From a virus: a stretch of 64,000 bases of DNA. A program made the position numbers and the translations under genes. The DNA is taken from the IMG/VR virus record IMGVR_UViG_3300044724_004793, positions 32,001-96,000 of that record; one strand, given 5' to 3'. Shown one piece after another: positions 27,756 to 37,999 of the stretch (position 1 is its first letter; every line of letters begins with the position of its first letter). A model generated the notes under the pieces. It did no database searches. It had not been told where the DNA came from and was given only the letters and a program-made list of their open reading frames with translations.

Positions 27756-28513
27756 TGTTTGCAAGCGCAGAAGAAAGTCACGCTCATAGTAGAGAAACAC
27801 TAGAGCGATTTGCAGATCATTTAGAGTTTATAAAAAGCATAAAAACAGTATGTGACATAGGTTCAGGTAAAGACCAGCTTGATATTAACTATTGGGCAAA
27901 CTTAACAGATCAAGATCCATCCAACCCTACGCCATTAAACATCAAATGCATTGCATTGGATAAACACCGTCCTCCTGATTTAACCCAGAAAAATGTAAGA
28001 CGTATTGGGCATGACTTTAATGTTGATCTTAGTGTTATAAACGATGAGTCTCAAGACATTGTTTGGTGTCACGACAGTCTACAATATGCATATTCACCAC
28101 TTAACATGTTGTTTGAAATTAATCGTATACTAGATCCAGCTGGTATGTTGTACTTGTATGTGCCTAGTACAGTTAATGTAAACTATGGGCATTTTGAGAG
28201 TTATTGCTATAGTAATCAATACTTTACATTTACTCTACCACAATTAATGTACTTTCTTGCAATTGCAGGATTTGATATAAAAGATGCATACTTTCGTAAG
28301 CCTAATTTAATTGATGGTATTGACTGCGTGGTATATAAAAATAGCAAGCCCCTAGATATGTCAACTAGTTGGGGAGATTTAGCAGACCTAGGTTTACTAA
28401 GTGAAAGTGCTATGGATATCGTAATGTCTAAAAATTACTTAACAGATCAAGGTTTATTAACCATGTGGTTAGATGCTACTATATATGACTATAGGCATAA
28501 TACTAGAGCTTAG
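27755..28513 (+). CDS. class I SAM-dependent methyltransferase
   Basis: VCDIGSG motif I, DIVWCHDSLQY, NRILDPAGMLYL. Confidence 0.85.
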   Translation: MFASAEESHAHSRETLERFADHLEFIKSIKTVCDIGSGKDQLDINYWANLTDQDPSNPTPLNIKCIALDKHRPPDLTQKNVRRIGHDFNVDLSVINDESQDIVWCHDSLQYAYSPLNMLFEINRILDPAGMLYLYVPSTVNVNYGHFESYCYSNQYFTFTLPQLMYFLAIAGFDIKDAYFRKPNLIDGIDCVVYKNSKPLDMSTSWGDLADLGLLSESAMDIVMSKNYLTDQGLLTMWLDATIYDYRHNTRA

Positions 28514-29360
28514 ATCGTATACGTAACCATTGCTGATCTATTTCGTCAGGCAACCATTCTATATTACACAAATCGATTAGCCACTCTTCTCGACGTGCAA
28601 ACATAGTCTCTTTATAACTGCTAGTCATTTCCCAAGCCAGGCTGTGTTTGCTTACTACAGCAGGTATGCCTTGTATAATACTGTTTACACCTGCATTACT
28701 ACAATAACTTACAGTAAGATTAGTTTCCTTCAGTTGATCTTCTAGGTCAAAACTGTCATAGGTTTGCTGTACTTTTTTAGCGATCTGCCATTCACACCCT
28801 TGGTCTTTATACCATTGCTCGTCTGCGATGGGAAAGTGTATGCGTTCTCTGTATCTAGGATGGGCTCTTAGCACAATAGGCTTATCACTAAACTCTCTTA
28901 TTTCTGTGACAGTTTCGTGGAAGTATGTATCCATATCAGGCATATCTTCCCATTGTAAACTATGAGCATGTTGTCCACACACTAGTATGTAAGGTTTGTC
29001 ATCTATCACCCACGGCTTAGTCTGAACACCCAGTTTCTTGACCCTGTCAGGATTTACACCCACTTCAAGTGCAAAGTCAGCATCACGATTAACACCATTG
29101 ATGCCCAGCTTCCAGGTACCATTGCGTATTAATCCGCCGACTTCTATCACTACGACTGGCTTACCTCGTGCACGGTAATGATCCCATACTCTCTTATTTC
29201 CACTCATCTTGCCAAACCACAGTACACTCCAAATAAGAGCAGCGTCAGCATCCATACTGTTCTCAACTAATTCGTCTGTGGATTTTATTGCGCTAAGTAG
29301 TTGTGGATATACCATATCCTTGTTACCCGGCAAGTTATTTGGAAAGTGAGCTATCTTCAT
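28503..29360 (-). CDS. KpsC/KpsS-like (capsule synthesis) glycosyltransferase
   Basis: ILVCGQ...SLQW, KPIVLRAHP, VSYCSNAGVNSIIQGIP, REEWL...EW..DEI. Confidence 0.65.
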   Translation of the reverse strand: MKIAHFPNNLPGNKDMVYPQLLSAIKSTDELVENSMDADAALIWSVLWFGKMSGNKRVWDHYRARGKPVVVIEVGGLIRNGTWKLGINGVNRDADFALEVGVNPDRVKKLGVQTKPWVIDDKPYILVCGQHAHSLQWEDMPDMDTYFHETVTEIREFSDKPIVLRAHPRYRERIHFPIADEQWYKDQGCEWQIAKKVQQTYDSFDLEDQLKETNLTVSYCSNAGVNSIIQGIPAVVSKHSLAWEMTSSYKETMFARREEWLIDLCNIEWLPDEIDQQWLRIRSKL

Positions 29361-29373
29361 GGTAAATAATAAT

Positions 29374-30264
29374 ATGCGTACATTATCAGTATTTAGTACA
29401 TGGCACAAGACCGGTTATAAGAAGTATGGAGATCACTTCATACAGGGTTTCCTACAAAACTGGCCTACTGAAGTAAAGTTAACGATATATGCAGAAGACC
29501 ATGAGCCCAACACATATAACGCTGACAACATAGAAGTATTGGACCAACGTAGCACATTGCCAGATCTTAAAGCATGGCAGGAGCGTCACAAAGATAATCC
29601 ACATGCTCACGGCTGGAACAAAGACAAGACAAAGAAAAGTTTCTTATGGGACGCAAGTCGCTTTGCAAATAAAACATTTGCACTCTGGCACTTTGCAAAA
29701 CATACTGAAGCAGACGTAATGATTTGGTGTGACGGCGATGTGCGTACACATACTCCAATGCCAGCAGAGTTTTTTCAAGAGATTGCTCCTAACGAAGATC
29801 AACTTACTACACACTTAGGACGTAAAACTTGGCCTGAGTGTGGCTGGATGATGTTTAACAGACACCATCCACAGTTTGCTGAGTTTATGGAACAGTGGCG
29901 ATGGATATATGAAAGTGATGATATCTTTAATCACGAAGAAAGTCATGATAGTTTTATATTTGGTGAACTGGTACAGGACTTTGCAGACGCAGGACATAGA
30001 GACTTAGGCGGCCCGGGCCAATCTGGTCATGTGTTTATCAACAGTGTACTAGGCAAGTATATGGATCACCTTAAAGGCTTTCGAAAGGAAGTGGGTAAGA
30101 GTTTGGTAGGAGATGTTTACGGTAATCGCAGTCAACACTTCGACACCAATCCATGGTGGCAGGATTTGAGACATGTAACTAAATCTCAAATACGCCAAGA
30201 AAAATTAAAGAACCCGCATGAATATGATGCGGAGCAACAAGTTAAATCAAAAGGAATAAAGTAA
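29374..30264 (+). CDS. GT-A fold glycosyltransferase
   Basis: RFANK, IWCDGD (DxD), ECG, HDSFIF, YMDHLKG. Confidence 0.75.
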   Translation: MRTLSVFSTWHKTGYKKYGDHFIQGFLQNWPTEVKLTIYAEDHEPNTYNADNIEVLDQRSTLPDLKAWQERHKDNPHAHGWNKDKTKKSFLWDASRFANKTFALWHFAKHTEADVMIWCDGDVRTHTPMPAEFFQEIAPNEDQLTTHLGRKTWPECGWMMFNRHHPQFAEFMEQWRWIYESDDIFNHEESHDSFIFGELVQDFADAGHRDLGGPGQSGHVFINSVLGKYMDHLKGFRKEVGKSLVGDVYGNRSQHFDTNPWWQDLRHVTKSQIRQEKLKNPHEYDAEQQVKSKGIK

Positions 30265-31688
30265 TGAGTTGGTATAATCCATCCACGTGGGGACACGATA
30301 TTGAAAATGCATACAATGATACCAAAGACGCTGTAAACAGTGCCACTGGATGGGTTGATGATAACATTGTTGAACCAACAGCACATTATGCTACTGATGC
30401 ATACAAAGACACAAGTAAAGCACTAACAGATGCTTACAACTATAGTTACAGTTTAGCAGCAAATCCACAGGCAACCGTTGCTACTGTAACACATAATGCT
30501 ACTGATTTAAGTAGTAACTTGTTACAAGAAGGCTGGAGCAGTTTACCAAAAGAATACCAGGATGGACTTAAGACAACTGAACACTACCTAGAAGAAGGTG
30601 CTGAAGCAGTTGTAAAGTATGGCACTGAAGCATATGAATGGGTTAGTGCTAATGCATGTAGCCTTGCACTTGGTAGCGCACTAAGCACAGGCGTTGTTCT
30701 TGCATTTACATATAAGGGACCGGAAGATCCAAACCAAGCAAGTATTTTTAGCATCAACGGCTTTGCACTGTCAGCAAAGGCAGCAGCGGCCAGTTTACCT
30801 AGCACTGGTGCTAGTATTGTTTTCTATGGTGCAGCCGCTAGTATTGCTTACTTTATTACTCCTGTAATTTATAACATTCCTGGCATCAAAGGACAAGTAA
30901 GCAAGGACTTGTTAAACAGTGTGATTACTACCAGCATTGCTAACAGTATGAGTGTGTACTGGATGCTGTGGAGTACACCAGAAACAGTTGGTGCTGCTAT
31001 TGCAAGTATTGTTATTCCTGTTGTTACAACATTGGTTTGTAATGGTATTGCACCCAAGCATTCAGGACTAACAAACCCAAGTGGTGTAAGTGGGACATTT
31101 AGCCACAACAGTGCAAAGCTCACAGTGCTAAACAGACAAATGATTGAGCAGCATAATTTCCAAACAAACAATGGACAGCATGTACCAGTTCATCGTGTAA
31201 CTAATGGCAATTATTGTAACTTCATGAATAACAACAGTTTGTGGCCAACAGACAATCGCGCTACCTGGGAAGGCAGTGTTAAGTTTAATATTCCGCTAGA
31301 AGGTTACTACACTATTGCTGTTGCATGTGACAACGAAGTAGAAGTTTATGTTGGCGACAACATGGCCTTGCACTGGAACAGATTTGACACAACATCACAA
31401 CTTGATGTTTGGTTCCCCAGAGGTGAAGGTGCTGTAAGTTGGAAAGCAAGTAACTATGGTGGCGCTGCAAGTGGTAAAAACCCAGCAGGCTTTAGTATCC
31501 TAATGGATAGCGTAATGGATAACAATGATATTAAAAGCGCACTGCGTGGGCAGGGCGACGCAACAAATCAAACCAATAGTTTGAAAACCAATCCACCTAG
31601 TGAGCCAAGTTCAGCATATGCTCCGCCTCCTCCGCCAGTGTTCACAACAATGCCTGTCAACCCAACGCCAATGGGGCCAATTAGCTAA
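30264..31688 (+). CDS. membrane-associated protein with C-terminal PA14/lectin-like beta domain and Pro-rich tail
   Basis: Hydrophobic central segments; GYYTIAVACDNEVEVYVGD...NPAGF; PPPPP tail. Confidence 0.5.
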   Translation: MSWYNPSTWGHDIENAYNDTKDAVNSATGWVDDNIVEPTAHYATDAYKDTSKALTDAYNYSYSLAANPQATVATVTHNATDLSSNLLQEGWSSLPKEYQDGLKTTEHYLEEGAEAVVKYGTEAYEWVSANACSLALGSALSTGVVLAFTYKGPEDPNQASIFSINGFALSAKAAAASLPSTGASIVFYGAAASIAYFITPVIYNIPGIKGQVSKDLLNSVITTSIANSMSVYWMLWSTPETVGAAIASIVIPVVTTLVCNGIAPKHSGLTNPSGVSGTFSHNSAKLTVLNRQMIEQHNFQTNNGQHVPVHRVTNGNYCNFMNNNSLWPTDNRATWEGSVKFNIPLEGYYTIAVACDNEVEVYVGDNMALHWNRFDTTSQLDVWFPRGEGAVSWKASNYGGAASGKNPAGFSILMDSVMDNNDIKSALRGQGDATNQTNSLKTNPPSEPSSAYAPPPPPVFTTMPVNPTPMGPIS

Positions 31689-32461
31689 TGAATGGCAAAA
31701 TAAGTGTACTACAAAATGTGAATACTGTATTCAAGCACCCATATCCACATGTATGTGTGGATGAGGCACTGCCCGATTACATTTACAAAGAACTTGCAGA
31801 AACATTTCCGCAAGAACTTGTATGTAGTACGCAGCCACATGATGGTGGCATAACCTATCGTTATAAATCGAACCCTGCACTAGTTGAAGGTAAGATCAGT
31901 AACATATGGAAAGAGTTTTTTGAGTATCATACAAGTGCTGATTACTTCAGAGAGTGTATAAACCTATTCGAGCCCTGGATTGAGGAACTTTATCCTCAAT
32001 ATATCGATGACATGTATAGCAAGCCTGTAACGGTACGTGACATAGACAATACTGGCAGTTATGTAACTGACTGTCAGTTTGTTGTGCACGAACCAGTAGA
32101 CGAAACAGGTACCAGTCGGACACCACACATTGATAATCCTGTGGAAATCTATGCAGGTTTGTTATACATGAGACTTCCAGAAGATGAAAGCACAGGCGGA
32201 AACTTTACCATACATGAAGTTACCGGTGAAATAACAGAAGTAAACAAAACATTAGGCAGGCAAGTTGAGGATAGTTTACACAAATCTGTCAAGCAAGTTC
32301 CTTATGTAGCCAATAGTTTCTGTATGTTCTTAAACGTAAAAGACAGTGTACACAGTGTTACACCACGTATCAAACCTCAGCATCGCAGACAGAGCATTAA
32401 TATTATTGGTGAGTTCAACGGCACAGGTCGTATGTGGAAAGTAAAAGAAATTAAAAACTAA
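31688..32461 (+). CDS. 2OG-Fe(II) oxygenase
   Basis: HPYPH, PHID (HxD), GLLYM, GGNF, SVHSVTPR, RQSINI. Confidence 0.85.
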   Translation: MNGKISVLQNVNTVFKHPYPHVCVDEALPDYIYKELAETFPQELVCSTQPHDGGITYRYKSNPALVEGKISNIWKEFFEYHTSADYFRECINLFEPWIEELYPQYIDDMYSKPVTVRDIDNTGSYVTDCQFVVHEPVDETGTSRTPHIDNPVEIYAGLLYMRLPEDESTGGNFTIHEVTGEITEVNKTLGRQVEDSLHKSVKQVPYVANSFCMFLNVKDSVHSVTPRIKPQHRRQSINIIGEFNGTGRMWKVKEIKN

Positions 32462-33699
32462 TGCAGTATACAATGGGCAAAGCCAGTTGGTGCTTTATGA
32501 CAGGTGAGCATGTAGTAAAAAGTTACAGCACTAGAAATAAAAAAAGTGTTAAGCCTGCTCGTGGTAGCATATATGATTGCTGGTTACGAGAAACAACTTG
32601 TTTGCAAAGACTAAAAGGAAAACTGCATTTTCCTAACATTATAGGTGCAGATGAAAACGATCATAGTTTAGCAATGACTAAAGTTGGCGAAAGTCTATTT
32701 CACTCTTGGCATGAACACAATTTATCTATGTATCATGATCAAATTGATCGTATAGCAGATGAACTAGAACGTGCTAACATAATATATTTCTATCCAGGAA
32801 TGGATCCAAACAGCAAATCAAAAGACTTTGCAAAATTTCCGCTAAGTAACTTTTGTATACAGGACGGTGAAATAAGCCTAATAGATTTTGAAATGTCGTG
32901 TCCAATAAACAGTTTAGCACACGAGAGATTAAGTGATAGGTTAGGATACCTATACAGTTTTTATAATAAGGATGACTTTAGACAAGCACTGCATATTTGT
33001 TTAGATGATCCTAGACAAAGTTGGGAAAGTGAGCTAATGGCTAAACTAACTGACAAGTCTAAGTTTAAAGAGTTAAGTAAGGGTAACCCTCGAGAAATAT
33101 GGGATAATATGACAATGTTTACACAACCACCAGAAAAAGTAGTTAAAGAATGGAACAAGTATCAAAAGCGTTATGGTATTAACGATGCTGAAGATAGAGT
33201 CCAACGTATGAAGCTAGTTGAGCTAGCACAACAATGGGACGGCAATGCACAACTAATTGATATTGGCTGTAATGATGGATTTATTACAACACTTATGGCA
33301 CCACATGTAGCAAAAGCAACAGGCGTAGAACCTTTTGTAAAGTTGCGTGATGATAAAAAGCCAGCCAATGTAAAATGGTATACAGGAACATTCAATGACT
33401 ATATGAAGTTTAAAGCAACTGACTATTATGATATTGTATTAAGTCTTGCAGTAAGTATTCAACTACGTGACTTTGGTGGGCTAACCGAAGAACAAATTGT
33501 GGATGCCTACTTTGAACTTCTCGTACCCGGTGGAGTGGTTGTACATGAAACACAGAAACTTGAGAATCGTCCTAACAATCAACAACATACTGAGGCAATG
33601 ATTCGTGCATTTACAAGACCAGGCAAGTTTGAAATCATTGATCATGGACAAGCAAGACCAAGCGGGCGTAGAGAATACTATCACTTTAGGAAAATCTAA
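32461..33699 (+). CDS. kinase-like + SAM methyltransferase fusion
   Basis: N-terminal VVKSY, LRE..CL.RL, SN, LIDFE. C-terminal LIDIGCNDG, GVEP, YDIVLSLAV, LVPGG. Confidence 0.75.
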   Translation: MQYTMGKASWCFMTGEHVVKSYSTRNKKSVKPARGSIYDCWLRETTCLQRLKGKLHFPNIIGADENDHSLAMTKVGESLFHSWHEHNLSMYHDQIDRIADELERANIIYFYPGMDPNSKSKDFAKFPLSNFCIQDGEISLIDFEMSCPINSLAHERLSDRLGYLYSFYNKDDFRQALHICLDDPRQSWESELMAKLTDKSKFKELSKGNPREIWDNMTMFTQPPEKVVKEWNKYQKRYGINDAEDRVQRMKLVELAQQWDGNAQLIDIGCNDGFITTLMAPHVAKATGVEPFVKLRDDKKPANVKWYTGTFNDYMKFKATDYYDIVLSLAVSIQLRDFGGLTEEQIVDAYFELLVPGGVVVHETQKLENRPNNQQHTEAMIRAFTRPGKFEIIDHGQARPSGRREYYHFRKI

Positions 33700-34502
33700 T
33701 GGCTTTTAATAATATTATGCAGTTAGCCTGTGCTGAATTAAGTAAAACTACACAAGGCACAGTAGTTGAGTGGGGCAATCAACGTTTTCGTTACACAGAG
33801 AGTTGGGTGCAACAGTGCAGTGAACGTGCTGGCAAACCTATACGCAAACCTGTAAAGTACGTATGGGAATATTTTGAAGATTTGGGCTTTCCAGAATACT
33901 TGGCTATAGACATTAATACTGAACTACGCAGCATTGCAATGGACTTAAACTTTATTCTCAAAGACAAGTACAACTATACTGAACAGTTTGATCTAGTAAC
34001 AAACAACGGCACAGGCGAACATATATTTGACCAACGTACAGTATTTGAAAACATGCACAACCTATGTTGTGCGGGCGGTGTCATGCTTTGCGTGTTACCA
34101 TTTGCTCCCTGGATCAATCACGGCTTTTACAACTATCATCCTACACTATTCAGAGACATTGCCGCAGCAAACGGCTATGAATGGCAGTTCTTATGGCTGG
34201 CACAAAACACAGGCAAGTATGTTGACATGCCATACTCAATGGATGGTTGGGCAAACTTTGAGCAAAAGAAACCACGCTTGCCACTTAGCGATTTAGAACA
34301 GGCGTATGATGAATTACATACAAGAGATAACAGGGCTCAAAATATTAGTATTGTAACAGCATATCGTAAAACATCAGATGCGGCATTTAACATACCTATG
34401 CAAGGACGTTATGTAAATGACGTTGTTGATGAATTAAAAACTGAATATAGCAACTCTAACGTTGATGTAAGACAAAAGGATCACACCAGCGCAACTTATT
34501 AG
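33699..34502 (+). CDS. SAM-dependent methyltransferase-like protein
   Basis: YLAIDIN, DLN, FDLVTNNGTGEHIFDQ, NHGFYNYHP. Confidence 0.75.
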   Translation: MAFNNIMQLACAELSKTTQGTVVEWGNQRFRYTESWVQQCSERAGKPIRKPVKYVWEYFEDLGFPEYLAIDINTELRSIAMDLNFILKDKYNYTEQFDLVTNNGTGEHIFDQRTVFENMHNLCCAGGVMLCVLPFAPWINHGFYNYHPTLFRDIAAANGYEWQFLWLAQNTGKYVDMPYSMDGWANFEQKKPRLPLSDLEQAYDELHTRDNRAQNISIVTAYRKTSDAAFNIPMQGRYVNDVVDELKTEYSNSNVDVRQKDHTSATY

Positions 34503-34512
34503 TAAATAATAC

Positions 34513-36114
34513 ATGATCCCAAGAATTTTACTAGTTTATCCCAATCTACCTCTGATGATGTCGCCAGCAATGAGCATGGCGATACTAAACGCTATTGGCA
34601 AGCGTGAAGGCTGTCTAGTAGAAATATTTGAAACTACACAGTATAGCAGCGAATTTAGTAACAAGCACATTAGGCAAAGTGAAATCGGTGCCGTTAGGGC
34701 CAACAAAGATGACGAGGTCAAAGACATGTTTTATGTTGCTGACCCAGATCAAATTATTCCAGATTTCCTAGAACATGTAAATCAATTTAAACCAGACCTA
34801 ATTATGATGAGTGTCCAAGAGGACGTTTATCGTATAGGACTACAACTACTAGACAGCATAAAACACTTAAAAATACCAAACATACTGGGCGGTGTGCTAG
34901 TAATGAGCGATCCTGCACTTGTGATTGCAAATCCACTTGTAGATCAGGTTTGTGTATACGAAGGAGAGCGTGTAGCAGTTGATATGATTAACTGTATTAA
35001 AGCAGGCACAACCACAAAGTATGTAAAAGGCACCTGGTACAGTGACAGCAATGGCATACACAAAAATTCTCCACAACCCTTAACAAACATAGAAGAAGTT
35101 ATACCAGACTATACCTGCTTTGAAGTAAAACGCTGGAACAGACCCATGGGCGGCAGAACATTTAATGCTGCTGTGAGCATGGAAACATACCGTGGATGTC
35201 CTTACAACTGCACATACTGTAATAGTCCAAACACCAGAAACATAGCAAATGTATTTGAAGTGGGTAACTTTATCCGTCGCAAAAACGCCGGTCGTGTAGA
35301 GCAAGAACTACTGGAGTTTAAAGAGCTGTACAATCCTGATCTTATAATGATACAGGATGACAGTTTCCTGGCTCGCCCTGCAAAAGAAGTATACGATTTT
35401 TGTGAGATGTGGGGCAAGTATAAGATACCATTCTGGATGAATACCCGAATAGAAAATTGTAGACCAGAGTATTTGGCTGCACTAAAACAGGCAGGTATAT
35501 ATCGTATCAGTTTGGGTATTGAAAGCGGCAACGCAGAGTACAGAGAAAATGTGCTTATGCGTAAAGTTAAAAACGAAAAGTATGCAGAATTTTTAGGACA
35601 TATTAACGACAGTAATATACCATATGGACTTAATGTTATTGTGGGCATGCCATTTGAAACCAGAGACATGATAATGGAAACTGCACAAATGGTCAGAGAT
35701 GCCAGAGGATATGATGGCATTAACATTAGCATATTCCAGCCCTACCGCGGAACCAAACTCAGACAGATAGCAGTAGACGCTGGCTTTATGGATCCGGATC
35801 ACATAAATGGCTGGGACAGTGGAGAGATAGGCGGCGGCTTTATGGACAAGTGGGCACTTACCATGCCTGAACCTTATATACAACAATCTGATCTGAATGG
35901 CATAATTAAAACATTTGCACTGTACTGTTTTTATGATGACGAACACTGGCCCAGAATAAGACTGGCAGAGACAGATGAACAACTAAGACAGGAATATATG
36001 CAGGACTATACCAGTAAGTTTTTTGATCAGTACCAACAGGGCGGTGCAGATCGTATACAAAAGTTCTGTGCATTACACGATCACACCAGCACTTACCACT
36101 GGGAAGTAGCATGA
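34513..36114 (+). CDS. B12-binding (class B) radical SAM enzyme
   Basis: N-terminal cobalamin-binding Rossmann segment (LLVYPN...PDLI...LGG...EGE), RGCPYNCTYC, DDSF, GIESG, GMPFET, FQPYRGT. Confidence 0.9.
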   Translation: MIPRILLVYPNLPLMMSPAMSMAILNAIGKREGCLVEIFETTQYSSEFSNKHIRQSEIGAVRANKDDEVKDMFYVADPDQIIPDFLEHVNQFKPDLIMMSVQEDVYRIGLQLLDSIKHLKIPNILGGVLVMSDPALVIANPLVDQVCVYEGERVAVDMINCIKAGTTTKYVKGTWYSDSNGIHKNSPQPLTNIEEVIPDYTCFEVKRWNRPMGGRTFNAAVSMETYRGCPYNCTYCNSPNTRNIANVFEVGNFIRRKNAGRVEQELLEFKELYNPDLIMIQDDSFLARPAKEVYDFCEMWGKYKIPFWMNTRIENCRPEYLAALKQAGIYRISLGIESGNAEYRENVLMRKVKNEKYAEFLGHINDSNIPYGLNVIVGMPFETRDMIMETAQMVRDARGYDGINISIFQPYRGTKLRQIAVDAGFMDPDHINGWDSGEIGGGFMDKWALTMPEPYIQQSDLNGIIKTFALYCFYDDEHWPRIRLAETDEQLRQEYMQDYTSKFFDQYQQGGADRIQKFCALHDHTSTYHWEVA

Positions 36115-37037
36115 AGGTACTAGCATTTAGACATCAGTTTCAGGGTGCTTTAAAACAGATGGAGTTTGTCCATCCTGACTTACAGATAGTAGACTGGTTT
36201 GACAATCCCTATCCAGAAGCAGATCATTATATTACCTGCAACATATACTGTGACAAGTTCAGAGAAGATCCAGTGTTTGACTTTGTGTTAAACACTGGTA
36301 AGCCCTACATGATATTTGAGACCGCGGTATTTAAAAGACAAGCACGTAATGGTGCCTGGAAAGACTGGCAGTGGAGACTGGGTTGGTGGCATTTGCTTGC
36401 ACCTGGTAAGTTTAACAATGTTAATTCGCCCAGTGACAGATGGCTAGCACTCAAAGCTAAACAGCAATTAGAAGTAAAGCCCTGGCGTAAGAGTGGCACA
36501 CACATACTGATACCATTACAAAAGAATAATGACAGTGTGGTTCAGAGTATGATGGACAGATACGGCAGTATGCGTAACTGGCTTAATACAACAATAACAG
36601 ACATACGCAAGTACAGTGATCGCCCTATACTGATACGACCTAGTGCTAAAACAAACCCATTAAGCTGGGCAGATGCAAAAAGACTGCCAGGAGTGTCGAT
36701 AAGTAAGACATATAAAGATAACCCAAGTACAGACGGAACTAAGTTTACAAAGAATATAGAAGGGGGACCAGGGTTATTGACAGAGCTAGCAGATGCATGG
36801 GCAGTAGTTGGATATAACACCAGCACGTTGTTTGAGAGTATTACAGATGGTATACCAACAGTAAGTTTAGATCCAGACGCACTTACTGGGCCCTGTAGTA
36901 TCCCTATAGAACTAATAGAAGATCCTCCCATGGATATAGAACGTGAACAATGGTTATATGATATGGCATATATTAGCTGGAGTATGGACGAAATACAACG
37001 TGGTGTTGCCTGGGAACATCTTAAGGGAAAGTACTAA
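36111..37037 (+). CDS. KpsC/KpsS-like glycosyltransferase
   Basis: PWRKSGTHILIPLQ..D, DRPILIRP, VVGYNTSTLFESITDGIP, REQWL. Confidence 0.65.
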   Translation: MKVLAFRHQFQGALKQMEFVHPDLQIVDWFDNPYPEADHYITCNIYCDKFREDPVFDFVLNTGKPYMIFETAVFKRQARNGAWKDWQWRLGWWHLLAPGKFNNVNSPSDRWLALKAKQQLEVKPWRKSGTHILIPLQKNNDSVVQSMMDRYGSMRNWLNTTITDIRKYSDRPILIRPSAKTNPLSWADAKRLPGVSISKTYKDNPSTDGTKFTKNIEGGPGLLTELADAWAVVGYNTSTLFESITDGIPTVSLDPDALTGPCSIPIELIEDPPMDIEREQWLYDMAYISWSMDEIQRGVAWEHLKGKY

Positions 37038-37993
37038 TGCAGGAGATAGATAGGGCAGTTATAGAGATAAATGGCGGATGTAATTATACCTGTCAGATGT
37101 GTCCACAAACCAATCCTGATGGCACCACAGGTGCCAGAGGCAAAGGCTGGCTACGCAAAATGCCACTGGACATGTTTGAGAGAGCAGTAGCAGAATGTGC
37201 TGAAGCTGGTCTAAACGTTGTAAACTTGGACGGCAGTGGCGAAGCGACTCTTAATAGAAACTTGCCAGACTATATTAGTATTGTTAAAAAGTATGGCGCA
37301 AAATGTTATATATTCAGCAACGGATTTCGCATGCAGGATCAGTTCATGCATGAATGTGTGGATGCAGGTCTGGACTTTTATCGCTTTAGTATTATTGGAT
37401 ACAATAGGGAAAAGTACAAAGAATGGATGAATGTAGATAACTTTGATAATGTGTTGCAAAACCTAAATGCTATGGTAGAGTATGCTACTAACACCAACTG
37501 TCAGGTTGCAACCTATCATCTTATCCTGGATAACGACAACATAGAATATGAAACAGAGCAATACAAAAAGATAGTGGAGGCCGCAGGCTGTGCTACAGAA
37601 ATATGGAAAATGCACAACTGGAGCGGAGTATACGAACCAGACTATAACAGATCCGGCAGAATTAAAACATGTGGCAGACCCTTTAGTCCTGACATTGTTA
37701 TAAGAGCAGGTGGAAACGGTGGCAAAACAGGTGCTGTGCATCCTTGTTGTCAGGTACTGGGAAATGACAGTGCGGCTGTGCTAGGACATTTTAGCGAGCA
37801 AAGTGTGCAAGAAATAATGACCGGAGAGCTGTATGAAGACCTCAGAGAAAAACATCGTACAGGCAACTATCCAGACTACTGCAAGAGCTGTGATTTCTTA
37901 GTGGACGATCCAGAAACTATGGTATACACAAACAGTGGGCGCAGTGAGATGCACATGAATGGAACCAAGTTTAGCCTAAACGATTACAGATAA
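37037..37993 (+). CDS. radical SAM / SPASM protein
   Basis: CNYTCQMCP, GSGEA, C-terminal CGRPF...PCC...CKSC. Confidence 0.9.
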   Translation: MQEIDRAVIEINGGCNYTCQMCPQTNPDGTTGARGKGWLRKMPLDMFERAVAECAEAGLNVVNLDGSGEATLNRNLPDYISIVKKYGAKCYIFSNGFRMQDQFMHECVDAGLDFYRFSIIGYNREKYKEWMNVDNFDNVLQNLNAMVEYATNTNCQVATYHLILDNDNIEYETEQYKKIVEAAGCATEIWKMHNWSGVYEPDYNRSGRIKTCGRPFSPDIVIRAGGNGGKTGAVHPCCQVLGNDSAAVLGHFSEQSVQEIMTGELYEDLREKHRTGNYPDYCKSCDFLVDDPETMVYTNSGRSEMHMNGTKFSLNDYR

Positions 37994-37999
37994 TGTTCA

